64,000 nt of DNA, taken from Dicyema japonicum (Eukaryota; Animalia; Dicyemida). The notes under the pieces are model-generated. The model saw nothing but the letters and a program-made list of their open reading frames with translations, ran no database searches and had not been told where the DNA came from. Position numbers and translations under genes: made by a program. Location: the NCBI GenBank assembly GCA_011109175.1, contig RDEW01000035.1, positions 510,902 through 574,901 of the forward strand, in the 5' to 3' direction. Below, one piece after another: positions 1 through 10,938 of the stretch; the stretch's first letter is position 1; every line of letters starts with the position of its first letter.

Positions 1-453
1 ATTTTAAAAGTGCTCTCAAAAACACTTAGAGACCAAACTGGTGGCCTTGCCACAATTTATGAACAATTTATCCGACCAACGATGACACATGCAAGTCCTT
101 CATGGCCAATACAGATCTCCCTCATTGAAACTATCCGCAATCGAGGAGACTGCAATAAGGTTAATTGGACCAGAACACAAAATCCAACCCATTGAAAACC
201 TCTTAATCGAATACAACGGAAACTCTTAAAGGAGGCTAGTCTACCGAGCTGCCCTCTATTCCATACACTATCGAAATATCTACAATCATACAGAAATTTT
301 GAGCCGATGCCATGTCCAATGAGAAGAGCTGTTCAGGATTCTCAACCCCGCCGGACTCGTCCTCTCCCTTGTCGGTCTGGGATCACTTAGTTAGATGAGA
401 ACTTTTATTTCTTTTTCTTTGACCCAGTGATCCTGGGGGTAATAATAATAATA
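1..453 (+). mobile_element. 3' end of Ingi/Vingi-like non-LTR retrotransposon (degenerate)
   Basis: ORF 10-195 has a post-RT motif (IYEQFIRPTMTHASPSW). Terminal hairpin gggatcact...agtgatcct, then ggggg and a (TAA)n tail at about 440-453. Confidence 0.75.
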
Positions 454-1556
454 ATGGTTAATCGCAAATGGATTGATTCTTATGTCCAATATGGATTTAC
501 CCAATATACTGGATCTGACAACGTCGATAAAGCGCAGTGTATAAATGCGACGTCATAATGGGAAACATCTCTTTGAAGCCGTCACAATTAAAAAAGACAT
601 AAGGAAAAAACTCACCCACAAAATGTTGACACTGTCGAAAGTTTTATAGCAAAAAGAACTAAATATAATAAATCTGGAAAACTTAGTAATTTCGGATTTA
701 GACCTTCATATGAGGTATTAATAATTGAAGCATTTATTTTGGATATCCCTAATTATTGCCAAAAACAAAGTATCTCACTCTTCTGGAGAAAATTTAATAA
801 AACCTGCCGACAATGGCAAGAATATTGCTCGATAAAGATGCCGTACAAAAATTTAAAAATGTACCTTTATCTAATGACACGAATCGAATACGAGACATGT
901 TTTGTAATGTTTTGGAACAACTCGTTATGAAAATAAAGCCATGCAGAATTAGTATACAATTGGATGAATCTACCGATATAACATATATAAATCAGTTGGT
1001 TGCATTTGTTCGTTTTGTCGACATGGAATCTATTTATGACGAGCTTTTATTTTGTTTGGAATTAACTGCAAGAACAACAGCTAATGGTATTTTTGATTTG
1101 TTTTCTGGTTTCTTACGTGACAATTGTATTCACTGGGATAAAGTTGGATCTATTTGTACAGATGGGTCACCAGTTTTGCAAGTTGACATTTAATTCGCTT
1201 TCGATTATGGAATTCTGTTATTAATGAATATCCAATCTTAAGTAAAAATGCACTGGAAGTGATAATTCCTTTCCAACCACTTATTTATGTGAAATGGCAA
1301 TGTCTTGTTATTCTGAAAAATAAAGTTCGCAACCGATTTAAAGTGGAAGACGATATGAGAATGGCACTTACCAACATTGTACCAAAAATTGAACAGCTAG
1401 TTTCTGAAAAGCAGGATAAAAAATCATACTAACTCTAAATAATATGATTTTTTAATTTTGTTAGTTTTTTTATTAAATTGTTTTGTCACATGTGGTCCCC
1501 AGAAAAATTCAACAGACTAAAGTGATCCCCGGTCAAAAAAAGGTTAAGAAACACTG
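454..1556 (+). mobile_element. hAT (Buster/Charlie-type) transposon remnant with disrupted transposase and right TIR
   Basis: ATG at 454 reads MVNRKWIDSYVQYGFT (BED-finger start of the ZBED5/Buster family). ORF 813-1193 has SIQLDESTDI...QLVAFVRF...ELLFCLEL...GSICTDG. TIR aaggttaagaaacactg ends at 1556, followed by the TA-centred 8-mer ctgtagat. Confidence 0.9.
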
Positions 1557-1759
1557 CTGTAGATGGAATGAGAAAATCACAATGACACCGTGAAATGGTA
1601 TTAAAATGATAAACATGTTAGTTTGAAATGTTTCTTAGACGAAATATCCAACAAAAAGCCGTTTTTAGAAAATTCGTGAGTTTATAGAAAATTCGGATAT
1701 ATTCCTTCCTGGTTGAACGGGCATATCAGTTGACACGTTAGTATTTTTATTCGAAAACT

Positions 1760-1945
1760 CGTAAAATTAAAAAATCAATTATCAATAAAATTTTTGACTT
1801 TATTGACCTAAAATTAAGTTTTTACTTTTTTGAATTTATAATTTTTGATTTATATAATATTTTTGATTAAAAATTACATTTTATAAGTTTTGAACAATTT
1901 TAAAGACCATATGACTTTTTGACTTTATTGACAAAAATCGGTAAT
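1760..1945. repeat. AT-rich subterminal fragment homologous to 5030-5188 plus 5494-5585
   Basis: Shared blocks such as gactttattgacctaaaa and tttttgactttattgacaaaaatcgg occur in both places. Confidence 0.7.
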
Positions 1946-2618
1946 CAGTAAGAACTGAGGGCGAGCACGTATAAATATAAGGATTCTAAGCTCTATACAT
2001 GCTTGAAGGAGAAGCATGATAAGGTCACTGATGCACCATGTCAAGATCACGTGATTAGTTACTTTGGTTTTTGGAATTTTTATTAAAAAGACAAACAATC
2101 CAATAAGAATGTCAAACTTGTCAGTTGTACCTATAACCACGTGATGGAATTAAGGGGACTGGCAAAAATTCATTTCTGCTTCTAGCCACTTAAAAATTGA
2201 AGGCATCTTTGTGAGAGATGATTAGAATGAAGATCAGTTGAAAGTAACCTCTCTTAGTAACTACTATTTCAGCACACGAGATCTGGGGACTTCTATTAAA
2301 AGGATGAAACGTCTAATATACATAATCCTCCAGTAATTGCTCTTTTCCGACAGTCCCCCTTCATATACATAATCACGAGCCTTTCCATGTTGGTCCCCCT
2401 TAATAGAAAAAATCTTAAACAGTCCTTCATTCAAACATACTCTCAGGATAAACCAATCCTAGTAAAACAGGATCCTCATAAGGAAGTCTCCCCTCAAATA
2501 GATCCCTCTTGGTTAATTATAAAATTAAGACAAATAATGTTAATTGAGAGAATAATCAGATATAAGTAATAAAACCACAAATAGCATGAATAAAGTTACT
2601 ATTAGAATATATTAATAA

Positions 2619-3176
2619 CTAAAATTCATCATCAATATAGACAAACTCAGAGTCATTCACAGATTCCCCGTCATCATCCTCACTCAGTGGAAATGAAGAA
2701 TCCATAGAGTTACTATCAACATTGGACTGATCTGTCCCCACAAGGCTAGGAATGGGGTCGGCACTCTCAAAAGACATCGAAGCGAGCTCATTTATGGATG
2801 AAAGGCAGAGATCCCTGATCTCACTGCTCACTTCTCCAGTCCCAAGAAGGTGTTCTACACTTAGTAAGCTAGGTACCCTGACTATCGATAAAGTCGATCC
2901 GTTCCTGGTAGATCTTGATGTAGTCATTGAGTCTCTGCTGGCTCATTATGAGGTAGGCTATGTATTCCAAGGATTTCCTCAGGATTTGTGTACGCGATAG
3001 CTGTCGTGGGAGTAAAAGATTACTTTCTCCTGGCAGTTTGGAATCACGTTTTGAAGATTCTGAAAACAGTCCTTGATGACTTCCCTTCGTTTTCTTTCCA
3101 ATGCATTGTGATGTCGCCGGCGATTTTGATCATCGTCGTCTTTAGGGGCTTCTCTGTTAGAATTGGGGCTCTGCAT
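2619..3176 (-). CDS. MAX: Max-like bHLH-ZIP transcription factor (3 exons)
   Basis: RRRHHNALERKRREVIKDCFQNLQNVIPNCQEK / LSRTQILRKSLEYIAYL matches the Max basic-HLH. A 23-nt intron at 3001-3023 and a 22-nt intron (gtacctagcttactaagtgtag) restore the frame. Confidence 0.8.
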
Positions 3177-3449
3177 TTGTCCCTAAATATTTTAAACTCG
3201 AACGACAATGTTGGGATGCTCGCAAATTTTATTTATATTTTTGAAAATTATTTATCTTTAGCAATTTTAATTAACTTTAATTTTTATAATAAAAGTTTAT
3301 TCTTAATTTTATACATTTTTTATATACTATCTCATGATCAAAGCTTTAATTTGGTTGAGATGATGACGTCCTCCTCTTGCACTCATGTCGTATACACGCT
3401 TGAATGATTTTTCTTAGTTCTCTACCCTTACCTTCAACCCCAGGGGCCT

Positions 3450-3800
3450 TAATGACTGGTCGAAAAGGCACCAACTATAACTGGACCTAGATAAATATCG
3501 ATGTTCAGTCTGCTGTTCCAAGAGACAAAGGCGAAAGGACTTGACAAACACTTTGGAAACTCAGATTAATTCTACTCCCATCGGACTGTAAACACTATGA
3601 ACATGGTTTCTTCGTGCACAAGGACTTACTTGCCGGATTACATTGCTTTTGGAAAATCAATGTTCGAATTCGACATACTTATTATTGATTTGAGTAAGGC
3701 AGATATCCTGAAAGTGAATTCGAGTCATATTGGGAAAGTTGAAGAATGGAAGAAGAGGCTAACTATCCTCATCACTTGAAAATGTACGGTTTCGTGGATA
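3450..3800 (+). mobile_element. Decayed reverse-transcriptase fragment (CR1/L2-like LINE)
   Basis: Remnants HGF...SCT and DILIIDLSKA, interrupted by stops and frameshifts. Confidence 0.45.
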
Positions 3801-4377
3801 ATCAAGAACAGGGAGAAAGCTAATTGAGTCAATTACCTTGTAGTGTGAGTGGATCACAATGGATCTTTCAAAGATCATATTAATAGAAGGAAGAAACCTA
3901 AGACAATGTTATAATAGCTCTTATGCTTTCATCTTAATCATGAGACATCCCTGAAGGAACTGGGAAGTAAGCTTGGCTCTCGTCTCGTAGTCATACCAGG
4001 CAAACTGATAAATATTTGCTGCAAGGGAGAAAAGGTGGGTCTGTTGATTACAACTGTTGCAGTTTTCTCCACAAGCAGGTGACCCACGTGAAACCATTTT
4101 TGCGTGTTTATACAGCTAGAGTCATTCTTAATCCCGAGAGACATATGGTGTTCATATTAATTGACTCCTCCAGCCTCACTTTGAACTCATTAATTGGTTT
4201 CCAGGCTTTTTGGTTTCTTCCTTACAATCAACTGCGCCTAATGAACATATGAGAGTGTGCTCTACAAATCATAGATGAGTCTTCTCGTTTCCCACCATCA
4301 CGTCCTTTCCAAGTATTCGTCATCATTGGAATTCCTCCATTGGAGTAAGGAAGAGAAGTATTTTTATGCCGATTAGG

Positions 4378-5585
4378 CAGTGGCGTAGTGCGATTTTTAT
4401 TTTGACTTTATAAATCGAAATTGTGACCTAAAATTGACTTTATTGACTTTAAAATTCCAAAATTTTGACCTTTTTTTAATTTATATAAATTTATCTACAA
4501 AAAAATTTTTTAATATAAAAAACTAATCAAAATCTTTATTAAAATACAGATTTCTGTCCCCGAATATCAGATTTTCGAATCTATAATAAATGAAAATAAA
4601 ACCTCAAAAATAGCTTAATTCTGTCAATCTGCTTTTGGCATAAATTTTCTACACTTTTTCGGCAAGCGAAAGTAAAAGGAAGATTATGTCCAATACTCTC
4701 AAACAAGTCTTGTACTGTTCAGCTTATGCAAGGGAATATCGGATTCGACAAAAGCCTTAGTGACGTTATCGACCCATGTGTCGGCAGATGTGTCAATGTG
4801 TTTTATAGTCCTGACACCGGTAAAATAGTAATAAAAATAATAAACCTGCTAGTTTGGTGTGACTCTTAGACGATCTGTATGAATCAATAAAAATTGCTTT
4901 TTTGCAGCTACAAATGTCCCACATAAATTCCAAAAAAAGATTCAGGATATTTTCTAACAGACTTAATCTTTTCAATGTCATTCTTGATTGAACTCGGCAT
5001 CACAGTGAATGATGATAATTAATCCTATAGTATTTTATTTAAAAACTCGAAAAATTAAACAATAAAAAAATAAAAATCAATAAAAATTTTGATTTCATTG
5101 ACCTAAAAAATTAAATTTTTATTTTTTGACATTACCCAAAATTTGACTTTTTTGACTTTATAACTTTTGATTAATATAATATTTTTGACGAGTGCGCTTC
5201 AAGGGCCTGCTCTGCAGCCGTAAAGGCGAAGAAGGTCAAACTCGAAAAATACGGCGGCCTTCCCGTTGATGTCCAATTTGTTCCGCTTGCTATGGAGACT
5301 TCCGGATCCTACTCCCCCTCTACACTAGAGTTTTTCGGACGTCTTGGAAACCGGATCACCTCATGCACTGGAGATCTCCGCGAACGCCGCTGGCTGTTTG
5401 AGCGAATTTCGCTCGCAATTCTGAGAGGGAACAGCCACGCAGTGAGGACGGCAGCTAACTGATGTTTCGTCCTTTTTTTATTTGATTTAATAAAATATTT
5501 TTTGATTAAAAACTACATTTTTATAAATTTTAAACAATTTTAAAGAATATATCAATTTTTGACTTTATTGACAAAAATCGGAACA
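4378..5585 (-). mobile_element. hAT-like DNA transposon remnant (CGGBP1-related transposase fragment)
   Basis: Left end cagtggcgtagtgcg is TIR-like, with AT-rich subterminal repeats. The minus-strand peptide VTKAFVESDIPLHKLN resembles the AF..ANIPL.KL.N motif. Confidence 0.55.
5189..5493 (+). mobile_element. 5'-truncated CRE-like (restriction-like endonuclease) non-LTR insertion
   Basis: Open frame AAVKAKKVKLEKYGG...FVPLAMETSG...RERRWLFERISLAILRGNS is typical of the CRE-clade C-terminus. Flanked by a near-duplication aatattttt(t)ga. Confidence 0.85.
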
Positions 5586-5605
5586 CCAATAGTTAGTGCT
5601 ATGTT

Positions 5606-6830
5606 TATTAACGTCATGTGGTTCGCCGTTTCTGGTGACGAAAACTGTGGAATATACTTCACAGACAAAAGAACCATCCTCTACGTCCAATCCAAGAGGA
5701 ATGTCCTTCTTGGACGGTCTCTTCACTGGCTTCTCTCCTGCCTTGATGGAAGCCACCTAATGCTTTCCGGCGATGTGAACTCCAATTCTGGACCTCGCAA
5801 ACCCATTATTTTGATTCAACTAAACATAAATGGAGTGAAAGGGAAAATCCTGGAACTCGGAAACCTCTTAAAAAATACTGACATTTGCCTACTCTAAGAG
5901 ACAAGACTGACTCCGTCTGTTTCCACTCCCGTTTTCCCAAACTATCACGTCATGGCGCGATCGCCTAGCTGGGCGGGGTGGTGTACTGCTTACCCTTATC
6001 AAAAAAAGAAATTCCGTACGCAAACGAAACTTTTGTCAACTCAATCTCCCGTCGAATATATTGGTATTCAGTCAAGACAAGCATCGGAAACATAAACCTA
6101 TTGAATGTGTATGTGCCACCGCCCAACTCATGACCAGTGCGTTAATACTGCTGTTTACCGGATACAAGCTTCATTGGACGATCTGAACTGTTGGCTCGTT
6201 AAGAACATTCTACATACAAGTCCCGAAAATTCTTATACAACAATTTTCACAACAAACAGAAGATTGACAAACTCCGCTCCATGTGTAACCATAAATGGAA
6301 ACTCAATCCCCACGACCAACTCGGAAAGATACTGGGCGTAACTTACGACCCACTCTTGACCTTCAGCAAACACATTGACAACGTCATCTCTTCGGCACAA
6401 CGAAAGCTAAATTTTGTTAAAACACTCCTTGGACAATATAATGGTGTTGCAACTCAAATTTGGACGCACTCTACGTCCAGTTTATTCCACCGTCTCTAAC
6501 CTACGGGTGTACTGCATGGGGAACCAACCTATCAAACAAAAATATAGAAAAAATTAATACATTCCAAAAAATGGCCGGTAAGGCTTTGCAAAGGGTTTCT
6601 TGGACACCTCTAAACCCAACACCTTTTGAGGAATTAGTTAGGAAAAACCAGAGTCTTACTACCTTCCAAAAAAGTTAGAAACCCCCGCCCAATCTGGAAA
6701 TGCGTTGGAACCCGGGAAGAACACCGAACAAGAATAAGATGGTTACTCGAAATGGTCGGAATCACCTGACGGCTATGTAGTTATTTAATTTGTCGGTGAT
6801 TTTTGGTTTTAATAATAATTACTCCCTGAA
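5606..6830 (+). mobile_element. Internally deleted Ingi/Vingi-like LINE (5' structured motif, degenerate 2A, APE start joined to post-RT region, 3' hairpin)
   Basis: LMLSGDVNSNSGP then IILIQLNING...LL*ET (APE). A jump near 6110 leads to post-YADD RT sequence (LGVTYDPLLTFSKHI; LYVQFIPPSLTYGCTAWG). Ends with gaatcacc...ggtgattt and a taa tail. Confidence 0.8.
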
Positions 6831-6849
6831 ATCATAAATTAAACAAGTA

Positions 6850-7225
6850 TTCATTGTTCCACGTTCAGCATCCACCACACATCCTCTTCCAAGCTTATTC
6901 GCCATTTAATGTGTAGTACAGCAATTCTATCTGAGACGGACCGCACCCGGGATATACATTTTGCGATGGATTGCAAATCCAAGTCCATAGAGACGACAGG
7001 TTGTTGAGAGGCATAGGCAGTAATTTCAATTTGCAATGCTACATAGTCCGCTATTTTCGTATCCTGTAGGCAAATGAATGTCTGTTTTGTTCCAGGTCTC
7101 GCACGAGCTCAAGTTTTTTATACATAGGATTGAGTCCTTTAGTGTTTAGGGTGCCAAGAGGGCTGGTAGATATCAAACATGAAAAATACATTTATGCAAG
7201 AGAGCCACGTCACCACCTCAACTAA
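6850..7225 (-). mobile_element. RTE-clade LINE 5' fragment (UTR plus APE start)
   Basis: CISRVRSVSDRIAVL is APE-like. The leader ttgaggtggtgacg is shared with the RTE 5' fragment at 48050-48450. Confidence 0.6.
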
Positions 7226-7376
7226 AAAAGTTATTAGCGACTTAAATTGCCCAAAAAAGTTTTGTTAGAAAAAAAACGAATTTTATTATTTTTTAGAAAT
7301 TTAAAATTTACTAAAACATTAAATAAGTTGGATTCTTAAAAATTGTATAAAATATTATAATCACCAAGGAAACAGA

Positions 7377-7775
7377 ATGGTTAACCTGATTGGGAGTGGA
7401 AAATTTTCGATCCGTAAATTACAAAACCGACGACAAATATCCGCCTCGCTTTCGTCATTGAATCGAACTCACAGTGTGACCCAACTCAGAGATGAGCTGG
7501 GCCCAGAAATCAATGAGATAAAGATGAGATCAGGGACTACTGAGGTAAAATTCGACGATGGAATGTGGACAGCACGTGATATTGAATATTTATTAAAGTG
7601 ACCTCGGATGGGAACACTTCTCGAGAAAATGACGTAAAGCTTAGCAAGGAAATGGATAAGATAGTAAAGGAGAACAACCTACTCAAAGTTAAGGTTGAAC
7701 TACTGCTTGATATGGTCCTGATTATATTTATGTTAGTTGGCTGAGGCTGAAATGAGAATTGAAAAACTCCAATAG
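7377..7775 (+). CDS. CBY1: Chibby family protein (beta-catenin antagonist / basal-body protein), 3 exons
   Basis: FSIRK...SASLSSL...KFDDGMW and ENNLLKVKVELLLDML match Chibby. Introns at 7576-7598 (23 nt) and 7715-7736 (22 nt); stop at 7773-7775. Confidence 0.85.
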
Positions 7776-7839
7776 TTTGATAATTTAAATATTATGTTAC
7801 TTAAATTGTCTTAATTTCAGTAGTAGTTCTCTTTTCTGC

Positions 7840-7965
7840 TTTATGCCTTCTCTTATTCCCCTTGGATCCACCTAACTCAGGAAACATCCAATGCCTGGCT
7901 GGCATTAAAAAGGACCCCATTCTCCCTAACTTCAGCGGAGGGGTTCCCATAATTGTCAGTACTTA
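7840..7965 (+). repeat. Degenerate copy of the structured 5' motif family
   Basis: ggatccacctaactcagg...tgcctggctggcattaaaaaggacc aligns with 63368-63433. Confidence 0.7.
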
Positions 7966-8159
7966 GAAAAAACGCGGTTCTGGGAAAAGGGATTAGTTAT
8001 TCGATTAAATTGTTTGTAATTGAGTCGATTGTTAAAAAATATTTAATGTTAGCTATCTAAAAAAATATTACTATTTTATTTTTATCAGCTAAAAAATAAT
8101 TTATAATTATAAATTCCATCGCCCAAAACTAGAATTCCATCGCCTAAAGATAAGGGATA

Positions 8160-8255
8160 AACATCATGCCAAACTGAAGTCTCTCTTGGAGCGTGCTGGG
8201 ATCACGTGATTAGTTAGTTTGGTGTTACCAGTGAACGCTCTTGTGATCCTTGCCT
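8160..8255 (+). repeat. LINE-type 3' hairpin fragment (related copy at about 53430-53510)
   Basis: ggagcgtgctgggatcacgtgattagttagtttggtgttacc here versus ggagtgtgccgggatcacgtgagtacttagtttgatgttacc at the second site. Confidence 0.6.
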
Positions 8256-8329
8256 CGTAGTTAAATGACTTTAATTGTTTTAAAAATAATATTGTGAGTT
8301 GATTACATTCTCACCTTGACACCACGTGT

Positions 8330-8620
8330 TAACAATAGTTGGGTATGAGCTAGTCCTAAACACATTGTAAAGTCATTTGATATGCTTTTGAGACAAAGTG
8401 AAATGGGAATTGGGTTAATATTCCCAAACCTGAGCTTGTTGTTTATGTGGTGGCGCTTTTGTTACAGTCTAAGACGGTAGACATTTCGGTAAGAGTTTTC
8501 AAGGGTAGATTTTTCTAGAAATGGTTTAGCCAACTAGAGAGTTGTTGGTCATAGAAACCTTATCCGCAAACCATGACAGTTTCTGCCATGTCCGATGCAT
8601 GTTTGTGGTTTCATAAAGCA
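8330..8620 (+). pseudogene. Degenerate 28S rRNA fragment
   Basis: gaaatgggaattgggttaatattcccaaacctg resembles the conserved LSU segment GAAAGGGAATCGGGTTAATATTCCCGAACC. Flanking blocks also follow LSU order. Confidence 0.6.
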
Positions 8621-8659
8621 CTTTTAGCAGTTTAACAGTCACTTGGGCTGTGGTCTCTC

Positions 8660-8768
8660 ACCCAAGCTTACCGTGGTTATGGGTAACGAGGAATTAAAAT
8701 TCGATTCCGGAGAGAGAGCATGAGAAATGGCCGCGAGATCTATGGATTGCAGGAGTGAAAATTACCTG
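8660..8768 (+). pseudogene. Degenerate 18S rRNA fragment
   Basis: gcttaccgtggttatgggtaacgaggaattaaaattcgattccggagagagagcatgagaaatggc...aaattacc matches the conserved SSU segment around GGGTAACGGGGAA...TTCGATTCCGGAGAGGGAGCCTGAGAAACGGC. Confidence 0.8.
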
Positions 8769-9029
8769 GTCTCGGTGTCCCTAATTTCATTATCTCGTTC
8801 ATCAAACATATAAAAATTAAAATTTCGACTTCTTTTAACTTGGGGACCCTTATGGTTTCTAGCCCTGCCTTGATGTCATAAGATCATTTTTACCAGAAAC
8901 CATGTAAAATTGCTTTATTCTAAAAGATGCCCACAAACAGACAGACAAATGTAATAATTTATAATATTAAGAGATACGGACGAGCATTATAAATTTTTAA
9001 AGTTTCAAGGTCAACAGTATGTATTAGAA

Positions 9030-9420
9030 CAGTGTTTATCACCGAGCCTACAAATCTGCAAACTATTCAGGATTTTTTATTCATATATGTTGCAGAAATT
9101 GTCGCCAATACTGGAATTTCGTTTTATATAACCCTCATTGTCGAGAGTGTTATACCTCTCTGTGTAGAAATGTCTATGAAACATATTCCCCAAAAGAAAA
9201 TCTTCAGAATTAGGCCCACCGATTCCAGAGATGGCGGCAATCCAGCCGCCTCAAAAGAGCGCTTCATAACCCCATTGGTGGTGGCATGCTTTGGGAAGAT
9301 AGCGCTTCATACAGGCAACTGCTGAGACGTCAGGAAAGCGGATGAAGCCCTTGTAACGTTACTATAGAAAGGAAAAGGTTTAGTAACGTTACTATGCGAA
9401 AAAAAGGTTGGGAAACACTG
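9030..9420. mobile_element. Possible non-autonomous hAT (Charlie-like) element
   Basis: Left end cagtgttt and right end aaggttgggaaacactg. Subterminal gtaacgttactat occurs twice. No matching TSD. Confidence 0.45.
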
Positions 9421-9479
9421 TCTTGGGAACTTGGTCTTTCACGGAATCACTTATTTAATCCCAAAGTGTGCTATTGCTT

Positions 9480-9900
9480 AGTCACCAAGGGACTTGCGCC
9501 ATTTTGTGTATGCCAGCTTATTACGAACGCTTCATCAAGGAACCTAAGAATTATGTAGAATCATTAGATCTTCTCTCAGGGACAAGAAAGCGAGTCAGGG
9601 TGCTAACGAACAGCAATAGTCAATAAGTCAATCAATACACTAAATGGAGATCGATTATATGCTGAATTGATTGATGTCTAAAGGCTGTTGATCACTACTT
9701 TTTAATGAAAGTGAATAAAAAGTCAAGTCTCCCTGAATCTCTGAATGGACTCTTATTCTGCATTGGAGAGACATAAGTACAGTGAGACGTGTCTAAAATT
9801 AATTTATGATATTCAAATTCAGGGGGTGATTTTGCACGGAGATAGTCCGTGTTATTTGTAATAGTGCTCGATCTGCTATTAGAATTTAGACAAGTCGGCC
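9480..9900 (+). mobile_element. Decayed RT fragment (R4/RLE-like)
   Basis: Remnants of the IDV.KA.DH and ILHGDS motifs. Confidence 0.4.
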
Positions 9901-9959
9901 TCTAATTTTTGGTTATTGTCGAACCAAGTTAAGGTGTTTGATGGTAGCCTCAGTTTAAT

Positions 9960-10044
9960 GACGCGATCCGCCCCAATGTCGTTGACTATATGACAATCCT
10001 TTGTGTGGATCGCCTTGTAAATGGCCTCACGTTTGACATGCCTG
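9960..10044 (-). mobile_element. Terminal fragment of the hAT family seen at 31232-32122
   Basis: gacgcgatccgccccaatgtcgttgactatatgacaatcctttgtgtgg matches 32055-32105 and ends in TIR tttgacatgcctg. Confidence 0.75.
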
Positions 10045-10938
10045 TCCTAAATGATCCCGTTGAAAAGAAGATCCCATGGGGAAGAAATTGTCTTTTAGTT
10101 TTTATGTAGAATCCACATTGAATACTTGTGGAATTGTCCACCACTAACTTCTGACACGTGAGTAAGGTAACGAGGTCTAACTAACCTATCTAGCACGAGT
10201 ATTAACCATTGTTGTTGCCTCGTGTTCATAGCTCTCCCAAGAATTTTCTTATTCAGGAAAGTCTCCGGGTTACTGCAAGATGTGCAAGACCAGCGCCATT
10301 ACTTCAAAAACTACACAGGAAGACGGCTAAACACAAAAAGTAATGGGCTGTCTCATTACTTTCGTTAATTGTTGATGTGACACAGTAGGGCTATCGGTCG
10401 GGAAAATATTGATTATTAATCTTTGATGCCATGTGATAGTCGATACCGACTTTATTATTCCATCTTTAGTTGGAAAACCTTTAAAGTGTTACATTCAAGG
10501 TTATTAAACGTTGCTTAAATAAAAATCAAATTAAAGACAATTAAGTACTTTAAAGGAGCCAGGATTGTGTGAGCGTTCCATATGATCACTGACATTTCGA
10601 ACCTTTGCCTGACTATTTTATTCGAAGATGCGGAGTTGGCCCATTACTTTGTCAACTACAAAAGAGTAGTTGTAAATGGATTTAAGATGAGGATTGCTCA
10701 ACCATAGAACAAAGGATGTCGTAAATGATCATAAAATTCAGAGCGATCTTTCTCAAGTCAAACAAAACTATGTATTTCGCAGTTCATGAAAGATCAGAAG
10801 CCAAGGATTTCAATGTTAATTTTGCCTATCATAAACTGAAGCATAAGAATACAGTACGACTCTACTGACATGAAAGGATGTAATGAAAAAAGATTGTCAA
10901 AAGTGACATTTCGGTGTTTCAGTTAATGATTAGGTCTT

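Noticed and set aside
2988-3407. 139-aa plus-strand ORF and similar antisense ORFs (for example 13878-14093, 57970-58290, 59599-59898)
   Set aside because: They are shadows of recognised genes or TEs on the opposite strand.
8330-8768. Functional rDNA unit or organellar insertion
   Set aside because: The fragments are short, decayed, in the wrong order and cytosolic-type; no ITS or flanking rDNA.
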